DNA of 32,307 bases from positions 1 to 32,307 of the forward strand of contig KZ539154.1 in NCBI GenBank assembly GCA_000934665.2, given 5' to 3'. Of the stretch, positions 1 through 12,300 are shown one piece after another. Source of the stretch: Catajapyx aquilonaris (taxonomy: Eukaryota). Each line of letters begins with the position of its first letter. Position 1 is the first letter of the stretch. Both the position numbers and the translations under genes were made by a program. A model generated the notes under the pieces. That model saw only the letters and a list, made by a program, of their open reading frames with translations. It had not been told where the DNA came from and did not search any database.

Positions 1-945
1 ATCAGATCGAATATTACATGGAAGAGTTCAAAAACCTATTTATTTGATCTGTATAATCCGAGCCTTAATGGAACATGCATACATGTAAGATTCGATTTTG
101 GACCCTTCACTAATGGCATAACCTAAGACGTCTCCATAGTGGAAGACTTCTTCTGGGCAAAACAGCCTGAGGACCACAGTTCATTCAACGGAATAGGAGG
201 CCATAACAGGAAACATGTGGATCAAGCGACGAAATAGTTGACTTCCACTATCCTTCATAGTATAGTGTGTATAACTGCATCAGACAACACGTCATTTATA
301 GAATAATAGACATTTGAATTGTGCACGATGTATTATGACAATGTGTAATGTGTTTGATAACGAACTTCTACTAGCTCCTGTTGCTGTAAATTGGTGTGGC
401 CCGACAAATTGTTAGTATTCATCACGTACAATTAGTGTCAGCAAAACAATCGATATCTATCAATAATCGCATGCTGGACGACCATTCCGTAACCGATATT
501 CAATCATTCATTAGATCAGGTGGTAAAATCGTCCATCGACACCCCACTTTCACAGCTTATAATGATATAACTGCTCCCAGCATGCATGGTAATGGTTGTT
601 CGGAATAAAGGCCAGTTGCACAATCGCTGTCAAATTTGGTAGAGTTTGAATTTTTAATGATAAATCGCTTGGTGAAGTTCTAAAATTCATAATGAGCCAG
701 AAATCCTGGCTTTTCTGCCTTCATATCGCGAAATTTGTGTTTTTGACCTACTGTTAGTGGACTTCTCCTGTATGTCCACGATATGAAAAATCGTTTCACC
801 ACTAATGACTAGCCTGGTCCAGATCATTCTCACTTTGATCCTATACACCCAACGTGTCTGAACGACCCTCGGTCCAAATGTTTCACCCAGCAACCCAACT
901 TCAGCCCCAACTCCAAACACCGGACAATTAGCCAAAGTCCCCCCC

Positions 946-963
946 CACACACACACACACACA
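946..963 (+). repeat. (CA)n microsatellite
   Basis: Directly visible after a C run. Confidence 0.9.
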
Positions 964-3900
964 ACAACACGAAAAATAACTGCTTCTCGACTCCTATTTC
1001 AGTAGACCCTTGGCAAGAGGAAATAAAAGCATGGACGTGGTTGCTTTTGAGCGTAACACAATACCCCTGGGGGCAGTAGGCGAAAACACTCACGACCTGT
1101 TCTTCGGCTCTCCCACTTGGTCGGCTAATTAATAAGAGCAGCTTGGAGTGGGCAAAGGGTCACTTTGCACTAAACTAACCGTGCGAAATATTCCTCTTTG
1201 CTGGTTAGAGTTGGAGGCCAGCTTTGATGCTGATTCTATTCTATTTATTGGTTGCTGTCACGCCTGATTCGGGCTTAACCTCACAAGTGACGTCAGAAAC
1301 TATTTTTGGGGGGGCTGGCGAAGGAACCAAGAGGCTGTGACTAAATGAAGGCAAAAACAATCAAAATGTATGAAAGAGACGATATGTGTGGTCTCAAGCT
1401 AATTCGGGTAAATGAATTTATTGTGGGAACCATGTCACACCAGTTTTATTTACATAAATAAGCAGTGTTCATTTATATATTTAGGTTAATCTGGCTCAAT
1501 TTGTTCTTAGCCCCTTCATAGTCTGGATGGCATTTAAATTTCTTAATGTGGTGATGTATCAATGCAATTATGCAAAGGAGGCCCACCCTGCTCGAAGAAG
1601 AATGGGTGCGAAAAAATTGTTTCAAAAGTGTTGGTGTGGATAATTTTGTGTATGTACAGTATAACCATTATTAATCTATATGATTAAAAACCGACTGTTC
1701 CCATAACTCCTCCCGCACTATACGGTCTACAGCTTTGGGAGTGGTGTCAAAATTTTTGCCTGTGTTTTCTATATTTGCAAACCGCTTTTGTTTTTTGGGA
1801 ACGGTGCCGAGGGACTTTGTCAAACTCAAAAATAAGGCTACCGCGGCCGTTCCACTGAATTCCCATTTCCGCCGTTCCGGGCGCCACTTCCTGGGTAGCG
1901 ACTCGCTTACTTCTGCACTTCACCGTCGGATGTCGCTCGATGCTGCTGCCTGTCTCTCTCCACTTTCGCACTTTTGCCTAATTTTTTTGCCTAATTTCGG
2001 CAAGTTGGTGACTATAGTTATAGTATATTACACATATATGCCTGTACAATTATTTGGTGATACATCTTTACTTCTTTCGACAAGTATGACCATCTAAGTG
2101 CTAAAAATTTAATTAGCCTACATTGGATCTGCTGAAGACTCTAGTTGTCTGTATACAGTCTTCAACAGATACACAAAAATTGAAATTAAGAGCACTAAAA
2201 TGGTCATCCAGTTGTATAGACAAATATTAAGGGAAAAAAATTTGTGCTCATAAAACTGGGCCTTATTCGATTTGCCATTCAGTTAATTAGAGCCCAACAA
2301 TGTAACCAATGTTGTTTATTTTACCTCCACAAGCCACGTAAAAGTGATAAACTATATGTTTCCACATTATACAAAAAAAGCCATTCAGTTGCTCAGCTAT
2401 GCTGCCAGTGGCACCAAGTGGGCCATTTACCCTTGTAAAACTGATCTGTAACTCTTCAGATTTGTACCAAGCCGAATGCAAGTATCTTAAGGATTATCAC
2501 CTTTAAGACGTAAGTGGCGCCCACATTTTTTTCAAACCTGGACACCAAACTGCCTATTTGCACCTGAGCTTCAAAGCGGCCATCAGCAACAGAGAAGCGA
2601 CTAATACCTGATCAAGTTTTGTGGCTCCAGATTAGAAAAGAAGTGCTCCAGTCTAGAAAAAAATGGGAGGAATAATAACACATGGATCCATATAAAAAAA
2701 AGAAGAAGTTTTAAGGTTTCGGCCACCCAGAAAGAGATCCAAGGATGCCAATTTGTTAGCTTTTGGAGGAAGTTCTTCGTCTTGGTAAGTCGGTAGAACA
2801 TGGCAACGAAGCTCTCTGAAATCCCTAATCAGGCGGGACGTTGACACAACGATTAGCTAAAAGAAATGTCAGTCAAGCCTGCAGACTCGGAGACTAGTGG
2901 AGGAAGAGTCCTCATATTATAATTGGACCGGACGGCTCATGTCACTTGTTTTCCCAAGTGTTCGCATTGACTTTGGCGCCACACAGATGGTTTATTCAAG
3001 CTCGGATTACTGCTCTGGAGAACATTTTTCTAGAGTTTCCTTCCAGGGGACTTTTGAGAAAGCTTGAGGAACGGGTATTGAGGGGAAAGGGGGCTGATGG
3101 AGGAAGGCTCTAAACAACTTGCAGACAGTGTCAACAAATGTTTCCAGTTTTTCAAGGGAAAAAAAAGAGAGGAGAGAATAGGCACTAGGAAAATAAATAA
3201 TGTGAGTGGTTCCTTTTCGACCCCTATGGAGGCAAACACGCACCGTTAGCATTCCTGGACGTTTCAACTTTGTAAGGAAGCACTGGTCTCGCACTCTGTA
3301 TCTGCCTTCAGATGTCAAAAGCTTTGCAAATGTCTATGTCAGTCGAGTTAGGTTTCCGTGTTTCATATTTGTTTCGACGGTCTTGGGTCATAACTTTCCA
3401 GAAGACATTTGTAACAAATTGCAGTCATCAACATTTCATCCTCCAGCAGCTGTAAGCTGCAACCTGTTCCAAGGCCTAATTAGGAAATGCTCATCACAAG
3501 TGTGCGCATTGGTAGGTATAATGTTGGATTTACTTGGATAATATTGGCCCTGCAGCGATGGAAGGTAATGACGTAAGGTACATAGGAAAACGAGCTTCAG
3601 CAGAACGCAATAAAAGGCAATGGCTTTTACAAATGACGAAGACGTGGAATTCTTAAGATCCTGCTATATTATGTGCAGTTCAGCATTAGTCTTCCAGGAT
3701 GCACGTTATCCAATACGCAAAGAGCTTCCAGCATGACAAAATTACGGGCCTGGATGAGTTTTGTGGAATTAACACGCCTGCAAAACTCTACGTAACAACT
3801 CTAACGTACAGTTAAAATTCTATGAATATCCACATTTTCAGCCACATTTCCCCCCATAATCTCCAACACTTGGAACCTTGCCTTTGCGGTACGCAAGAAA

Positions 3901-4873
3901 ATAAAATTCTGGGAAATGCCCTATATAAGTTGGAAATTTAGATGGCACTGTGCCCACCCACCTGACTGCTGATTTAAATATGCTGAACTACTTTTGCCAC
4001 TCATCTTCTCCCCGGTCAAGGTTCGAAGTCGGAGTGATCACATGCAACATAACGTGATTCATTAAAGCAATCAAAAAAATTTAAAGTGACCTAATGAAAG
4101 TGAGACCAAAATTAATGAGTACATAGATCGTTCTAAGGAGAACATACAACTCTAGCCAGGTTACTAACCCACCTTCCCCCAATATAAGTGACTTGAAATT
4201 CCACCTGAAGAAATGCGGATGGGCAGCATTGTAACCCCCTTTTCCAACCCCTTAAGAGCACTTTTACTGTAAAGATAGAATAGAGCATTTGGATAGTGAA
4301 TTGGAATCGAAGCAGGTCTCCTTTCCTCTGATGAAGTGCTCTTGGCTAGACTTTTACTGTGCCGATAAAATAAGTCTTGTCTGGTGGCTGGACTAAAAAA
4401 GCAAGGCTTTGGGGTTGCCTGGAGACATGGCAAACGCCGTGTCAAAAGGGGTCCCCAGAGTTATGGGTGTCCTCACTTCCAACCCCGTAACTCTCTCGTA
4501 CGTCATCGCCCAAACGAGCCTTAAACCTCGTGCATTAAGCTGGGATTAATGGCTGCTCTTCCATGCAGCGCGCTCCCTTTCTTGCAAGTTTTTGCACTTT
4601 TTTTGTTGTAACGAAATAACGGCCACCTGTTTGATAGGTTCACGTCCAAAATGCGATTTTAAGCCATTGGGTGCTGTGCCATCTTGTATATACGTACATC
4701 ACTCAACATAAAAGCAAAAAAATGACAAATATGGTGCTGTTTGAACATTGTGGCTACAGGGTGTTACTGCCATTTTTCAGCTGACACTGTATTGGTCTAT
4801 CCAATAACAGAACTGCAAATTTTACGAAAAATACTTTACCAAAATTTCTCCAAAAGATGGGACTCTTCATATA

Positions 4874-5244
4874 AACTAACAAGGGAACGACCAAGCCTCC
4901 GATTGAGTTAAAACTCGCTTGAGGGGTCACTCATGTGCGACAGACACTGTGGTGAAAGTCCTAGATGACACTGTCCAGCCGTTTCCGAGATATCAGCCAC
5001 AGAAACATCTGAATTTTGGCCGCGCTACAGGGGAACAGGGACCTTGCCGGGCCTTGCACTTGTCCCTTCCCGCCCGACACCTGTACGTGCGGCCAACATT
5101 CGTATTTTTTGTGCCCATATCTCGGAAACGGCTGGACAGTGTCCTGTAGGACTTTCACCACTGTGTCTATCGCACATGAGTGACCCCTCAAGCAAGTTTC
5201 AACCAAATGGGAGGCGACCGACCTTGGTCGTACCCTTCTAAGTT
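4874..5244. mobile_element. ~370-bp foldback/palindromic non-autonomous element, superfamily unclear
   Basis: Arm GCTTGAGGGGTCACTCATGTGCGACAGACACTGTGGTGAAAGTCCTAGATGACACTGTCCAGCCGTTTCCGAGATAT has a near-exact reverse complement at ~5117-5193. The outer ends are also inverted (AAGGGAACGACCAAG / CTTGGTCGTACCCTT). This explains the mirror-image ORFs 4919+ and 4961-. Confidence 0.88.
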
Positions 5245-5430
5245 GGTTAGTTGGTTGTGCCAAAACAACTAAGGCTATCTGCCATTCGTGTGATGGGTTT
5301 TTGGTAGTTGGAGGAAACGGAAGAACCCCGAGAAAACCCACGCAAAAACGGCGAGAACCCATAGAAACTCTTCCACATAAGCGTCCTCCGGATCAAACTC
5401 GGGACCTTAAAGGTGGAAGGCTGCTCATAT
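5245..5430 (-). mobile_element. Second V-SINE-like copy, degenerate head, different 3' tail
   Basis: The reverse complement GAGTTTGATCCGGAGGACGCTTATGTGGAAGAGTTTCTATGGGTTCTCGCCGTTTTTGCGTGGGTTTTCTCGGGGTTCTTCCGTTTCCTCC aligns to ~25316-25420. Confidence 0.8.
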
Positions 5431-8400
5431 GAATTAAGCAACAGTTAACCAGCAACCAACAACGGTTCACAACCATTAATAGCTGACGGTCTACTGACAA
5501 CCTACAACAAACTGCTTTATCAGGTACACCCTAAGTAGCGACCGCCCCTATGTCAGGTCCCCATAATTCCTGACCCTCCAACTCTCTAAAATCCAGGCTA
5601 GACTCCCAACATGAATTATGATCAAGCCCACCAAAAACGAGGTAAGTGCACTTTTCCAGGTCCGAAGCCACCAGGAAGCCTCGTAACTCCAATACGCGTG
5701 TTCTCAAGTTCACAAGGTAAAGAGTATACAGTAACTTATCACAAAAAATAAGAAGAGAAGGATGGAAGAAGAAGAAGAAAAAAGAAAAAAAAGGGTTCTT
5801 GGGGGGGGGGGGGGGGTTTGGGTGAAAAAAAANATGGGTTGAGACCCCCCCCCCCCTCCCCGTTCATTCCCAAACTGAGTGCTCTGAAGAGGGATATATT
5901 TCGTGGCCTTGCTGATAAATACTACGTCCTTCCAACCCACCCACGGGAATGTGCGCTGTGGATTCGCTTCCGGGGATGTATGGGAACTACCCATAGGAGA
6001 TGATTTTTTATATATACATAAGAAGCTGGCTATGCGAATTTATGGATGAGGTTCTTCACCTGAGACACGTCACCCGGTGTTTTCATACCCTAAAATTAGC
6101 TTGAAGGAAGAACGGCCTGAATCTATGCCATATAGCATGGAGTGTGGAAGAGCATGTGATAATAGCAGTTTCATGATGATCAGCAGGCGTTTTGTGGTTA
6201 TAGTACAGCACCCTAGTTGTTTCAAAAGCCTGTGTAACAAGTGATAATAATAACTGGCCACTTGTTGCTGACACCTAGGTTATGGACGTTATGTATTGCT
6301 TACCCCCTGAAAACAGTTTCGAGACTCAACCCAGTGGAAGAAACAATCAGGGCCAGATTCTCATGATTCTTGCGCCTCTTTAAACTGGTTTCTGGGTAAA
6401 TCCACAATTTCTCCCCTGCTGAACTACCAGCCCATCACTCTTTACACACAAAAGGTAGTCAAATTTGCATATACTCTGGAAAAAATATGCATTGAAGAAA
6501 AATTTTATAGGACCAATACTCCAAAACACTAGACATAAATTGTGATGTCTATATAAAAATACCCACGTATTCTGCGAATCATGACATCTAAGGCGACCAT
6601 CCCCTTTCCCCGCATTAAAGGGTCTGGCCCAACGTTACTGTTCGTGACATGGGTGCTTCCACAGAGTTCTGAAAATCCCAAAATTAGCGTGGCGTACTTG
6701 ATGGATCATCCCTGCATAGGGCACCACCAAAACTGATAACAACGTTTCAAAAAGATAAGGCAAGAGTCACGTTGACGACCTAGTGTGCGATGGTAATGTG
6801 TTAAAGCAGCCATGTCGCACGAGTTGCTATCGGATTGATGTGGGTGTATCCCTTCGTTCAACTACACTGTACATGAAACATGACCACTCATTTCCCGTGT
6901 CCAGTATCGCCAACTGGGTGCACAATACCAGGTGGTCCTGTGTGTCACCTATATACCATGTCATATTGATTAGGTTCTACATTCATCTAAATCCAAAATT
7001 CGCTTTGCATGGACTTGTTCCCACTATAAAAATTACCTCGTTACTATGAATTGATAGAAAACCTTTCAACGTATCAGGACGGTGCATACTGTACAGTATA
7101 ATGAGGCCCTTCCCAGGTCTTTGTGGGCTTTTGGCCAGCCACTTTTGCAGTGTGCCACCAAATTTGCACTATGGCTGAATACTAACTGTGCCATAGAAGG
7201 CTAACTCTTGGAAGTTTTTTTTTTTTTTTTTTGCTAGCCGACTTTTGCGTGCAGAAATGCTGCACCAACGAACAAACAACTCGATTTTCACGTGTTTGCC
7301 TCACGGCTGACTTTGCAACCGGGCCTGTGCGAAAGTTTTGAATTGGCGGGGGCCGACTCAATTGAAACCACTCCAGAAGCTGGCAAACTCCATTCTCGCC
7401 AAGGTCTACTCGAGTGTTGTGCTAATGTCACGAAATAACCTGGCACCCCTGTTGGAGCATGCAAAGTGCTCGCCTAAATCCAATTATTCTTCCGACAAGG
7501 AGGAGACTCTAGGCTACTAGAAGCACTTAGCATTATTTCTATTATCGTACACATACTCGGTTGCAACTCCAACTAGAGTCGCAGGAAAATATTGGGTCCC
7601 AGTATAATTACTATTGGTGTTGGACTGACCCAAGTTTAATCGTAACATTGCTGACTAGTAATTACAATATGGAATACTATCGAAGGGAACCTAAGTCAGA
7701 GAGAAACAACCTATGTAGAATTACCGATGATATTAGAGTACATAATGCACATGACACGAGGGAAAAAGCGTTAAAGTGACGGGTTCGTTACGCAGGCCGT
7801 CGTAATAGGCTTATAATTTTAATATGATGACGAGTCTAAAACCATCAACAACACTATTACGAAACTGATGGGACAACTCACACATAGTAATTAATAATCT
7901 GCTGTTGACAACTTTTGCCATGTGTACATAATGCTGTTTTTACATTACATTTTATCATTGTGACCATTGTGACCTTTAAATACTTAAATAGGCCCTACTG
8001 TTATGGTGACCATAAGGTGTATACTGTAGAGTCAGTACACATGCCTATAAGTTCAGTCGTTAAGTTACTATCATATAAATTTCGTTGGATGTTCTCATAT
8101 CTGCTTCGATCCAGGAGTACTTATTTAGCATGAGACGTCCTTGCTCTATTGGCCGGTTTACCAATTATTCATACCATGCTTAATAAGGTCACCCTCCTAA
8201 TGAGTAAGAAATATTTATACAGGTGCAACACGATTTTAAAAATCACGCGTTATCCTACGTTTCCAGAGGCACCCGCACGACTTCGGTTTTACAACGGAAG
8301 TCTAACTTACAGGATAAAGTCTAGAATGCACCACACAAAAATAAACTGAAATATTTTGGTGAAATTTTCAAATTGTAAACCCCATTTTTGAAACTTCTCT

Positions 8401-9271
8401 ATATATACTGGTAAATCCAATTTGAGAGCATTGTCGCAATTTGAAGTGGTCCCATATCCCCTAGTCACTTGACCCAAACGAGAGCTTATCCCCGCCATGA
8501 ATGTACTCGACAGCACGCAATTAGCCCAAGTGCGCAAAAATGGCCTAGCAATAAACCCACTTCGCCAGGATGCAGGGGAACATCACCAGCAAGCGGTGAT
8601 TATTAGGGTCACGGAGGTCATTAAAACAAACGCTTTTCCGGATTCCTCCTCCACACAACACCTTCCGAGATGCAGCTTCCCAACCGGTTCTATATTAAGA
8701 CCCAGGCGCGACCAACCGGTTAACCAAAAGCCCAATATTTGTATACTCGCTTATGAGGCTCCTGTTGGACCAACCCCCAAAGTCCTTCGTGGGCCAACGC
8801 TCCACATATACACTTTAACTAGTGTGTGTGTCTAGGTGTAGCCAAACGACCGACTTGGCCTCCAGCCGCTTTGGCCGACATTTGTTACATTCTTGACGTG
8901 GCTTGGACAACATGGATGCCAATAACTGACAGGGAAGGGGGGGGGGGNNNNNNNNNTTCAACCGAAAACTTAGCTTTGTTGGGGGTGTTAATTATCCAAA
9001 AATGCGTGGACAATATTGCAGTGTAGGTGTGGTTGATGCCCAGGGGAATTTTCGGACCATAAAACCGGTTTATCCCGTCACCGGAAGTGGTCTGTTTCCA
9101 AGCCGGTTTACGCCTCCGGAAGAACCGACCTGAAACCGGTAGCAAATCACGTCAGCTACTGTACCTCCTTGTCGTATGTGCAAGAATGTGCATGATTGTG
9201 TTAGGCGTATTTCCTTTTGAAGTACACTGCTATAAGTAAGCTAAACACTAGTATAAAGGGCACTACCGGAG

Positions 9272-9338
9272 TCCCGGGCGGGGATCGAACCCAGGACCTT
9301 CCGCTCAGCAAGCCGAGTCGTTACCAACTCGGCCACCA
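9272..9338 (-). mobile_element. tRNA-derived SINE head (or tRNA pseudogene)
   Basis: The minus strand reads TGGTGGCCGAGTTGGTAACGACTCGGCTTGCTGAGCGGAAGGTCCTGGGTTCGATCCCCGCCCGGGA. A and B boxes are intact, but the anticodon stem does not pair. Confidence 0.7.
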
Positions 9339-12300
9339 TCAAATAATACGGTATATTTTTAAAAGTGATATTCAATTTTAGCAAACGATTGTCATTTAAT
9401 TTATAAGAGCTGACCAAACGGTTCCATCCTGGAGAAAAAANNNNNNNNNNNNNNNNNAAAAAAAAAGTCTACATAATTTGGTTTAATATGCAGGACGCGC
9501 CTCCTGCCTGATATCTTAATTGGCAATATTTTAGATTCAGTTAATGAACACTAATTCTATATCTAAGCAATCCGTCTCCATTTTTTCCCCCTCTCCATGT
9601 CCGCAAGGCAGCTTCCCAATCTCCCGACGGCTTCTGATCGATCCCTTCGATACCTATCATAACCATTACATGCACGAAGGTAATATATCCATAATCCCCA
9701 TAACATACTGCTGGAATTCAATTCCCCAAGGGTATATATATAAAAAAATTATATTAATTGAAATTCCAACTCCACCTTCCCCACCCCCTACCCTTCCAGC
9801 CATTTTGTGGGGTCCATGACTATACAGATGTTGTCACTTGACTGATTTAGGGAATCTTCGTTCGGGCGGCCATCACTTTCTCAGCCTATTTCCAGCCTTT
9901 GCACCGGGGCTTGTTAAATGAACGCGATAACTCTTCTCCCCTAGGATATCTCAGCCAGATCCAATTATCACGTCGACAAAGTCATGTTCGTAACGAATTG
10001 CGGATATGAACTTTCTTTGATTCTGCCTTCTTCCCCCCCCCCCCCCCNCCCCCCCCACGTCTTATTCATTTTCTGCTTCGTAGCCGTCAAAAACATTATC
10101 CCCTGCCGCTTTTCACTTTATACTCTTCCAACTTTTACTGGGACAATGTTATTAAACTTGGCTCAAGTGCTGGATACAGATAAGTACTTTTGCTGTTGTC
10201 TTTACAGAGCATCGTTACAGAACTTTTCAACTTGTCAAATACCTTCTGTCAATAATGCTGTCAAACATATTCATATTACTTTGCTGGATTGCTACTAAGG
10301 AAAAGTTTTTGGAAGAAAATTCAAGTTTGCTTATACAAGAAGGCATATATTATGAAAGGCTGAAGAAACCAGGCAGCAATTTAATGTATATTTCATTGCT
10401 ACAACCTGTCTGACCAGCTTCATTGAATGTCTCCACAGGTGGGGAGCAACTACGTGACAACCTCAATATTTTTGGCTAGACTATGCCACAATCGATATTT
10501 GTCATTGTCGCGATATTCTCGTCTGGGCAATTCACCTTACACCTTTAAAGTATAATCAAAATTCACTCATTTCCCCTTGAGAAGATAGGACCTACAGTCA
10601 TACACCATGCCTCATTATGTAACAAACTTGTAACATCCTCCACCTGATTCTCATCAACCCCTGTCATTTTCTCGCCTCATCATTATTACTATGTTCCAAG
10701 TACAAAGTTCGGTTGTTAGCTTAAACTTGTCTATAGTTTGAGAATACTCGAGTGATGCGACACATGCTTTATTGGGAGATGAGTGATGACAATAATCTGC
10801 CAAACTTGCATAACATTCCGGCATCTCCTTGGCCTTTAGGCTGATCTTCCCGCTGCGACCTCATGCCAAAATGTCCTTCGTCGCTGCTCAACATTCAGGC
10901 TTGAGACTCAACCTTTACAGGACAATTACAGTGGAGTTTTACAGCGGGTTTCCTAAATTACTACTTCTGCATTGGACTTCTTTAATAACTTACACGGCGA
11001 ATTGGGCAAAGTGACGTGTCAAGGCTCAAGTTGCAAGCCATACTTGGGGGAGCATCGTGGGCAGAAATGCAGTCAGCCAGATAAGGATCTGTCTCCAAAT
11101 CGGTTGACACCTCCAATGCTTTATTCAGGAGAAGCCAGCAGGGTTTCTCTAGTCTATACCGATTTTAACGCACAAGATATCACGCTTCTCCAATAGAGTG
11201 AAACCTGTCTATTGTAGTCGATCCGTTCCCAAGAAATATTTTCACTGAGCAGGTTTCCGACATTGAAAATGTTCCGCATTGAAAATGTATAGAACCAGGA
11301 TATCATCATATTGGCCATAATTCCTGAACAGCTTATGAGATAAATAACTTATTTGCATAATTACGATACAAACAGCTTTCATTGAGAACTGAAATAAAAT
11401 CCCATTGAAACTTTCAGGCCCCCATACTCTTCATGCTAATATTGCAGCGTGTATCAACAGCGCTGACGCCAACAAAATCATACTTCTCAAAGGGAAAACA
11501 CTCAAGTGTCATTGCTGACGACGCGATGACAGCGGAAACTGCAAACGCTAGCGAGGATGTGATTGTGCTGTTCAGTCTCTTGCAGATGTCAAAAGAAACT
11601 TTGTGACACCAAGTGAAACGCATCCGGCATATCGATAAAGCTATTATTACATCAGGTGAAGCCATCCTGCAGCACCAGCAAACTGTTCATGCGGAGGATA
11701 TGCATGGGTACTTGGACCAATTTCATGTTGGATCCTTTATACGTACTATCAAAGCTTTGATGTATTGATTCCTTCAAAACTGAAGTGTTTTGCAAACTTT
11801 TGCGGATTTCTTTTCTTTGAAGCTCGGCGTAAATTCATTTTTCTATAATCATCCCATATTACAGGCTCTTTGTATTATACGGCTCTTCACCAATAAGAGG
11901 CACATTTTTGTCGAAATTTAGTCGGTAGATTTGCATGTACTGTTATCTCAAAAATCATTCCAATGTGACTGATCGTTCTGCATAATGCGATATTTTTTTT
12001 AAAAGCACGACTTCAGTACGTGTTTCTGAAAACTGAAGTACATTTGCAATATCGACAGGAATGAGTCACCTCCTCACACATTCATATCACAACTCATGGC
12101 ACCAAGTATGGGCAGAACAAGGAGAGATTTAAATTGCCTTTGGAAATGTTTGCAATATTTGCAATATTTGCATATTTTGCCTAGTGCTCCAAGCAAAAAA
12201 GGGGCAGTTTAATATGCCAACTTCCTTTGAAACCACCACTGGGATATAATATACAAGGTATTATTGCTTATGTACTGTAGTAGCCAGCTTTTGCTTACTT

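Noticed and set aside
2602..2660. AG...GT bounded mini-exon candidate on the minus strand as peroxidasin exon 2
   Set aside because: It is not 72 nt long and does not encode an LRR (no DLRFN-like motif).
3310..3345. DIDICKAFD on the minus strand resembling the LINE RT DxxKAFD motif
   Set aside because: No other RT motifs in frame, and a stop follows almost immediately.
4919..5362. Two similar peptides on opposite strands (RGHSCA.DTVVKVL.DTVQPFPRY)
   Set aside because: An artefact of the DNA inverted repeat, not a duplicated gene.
9272..9338. Functional tRNA gene
   Set aside because: It has A and B boxes, but the anticodon and acceptor stems do not pair. It is better explained as a SINE head.
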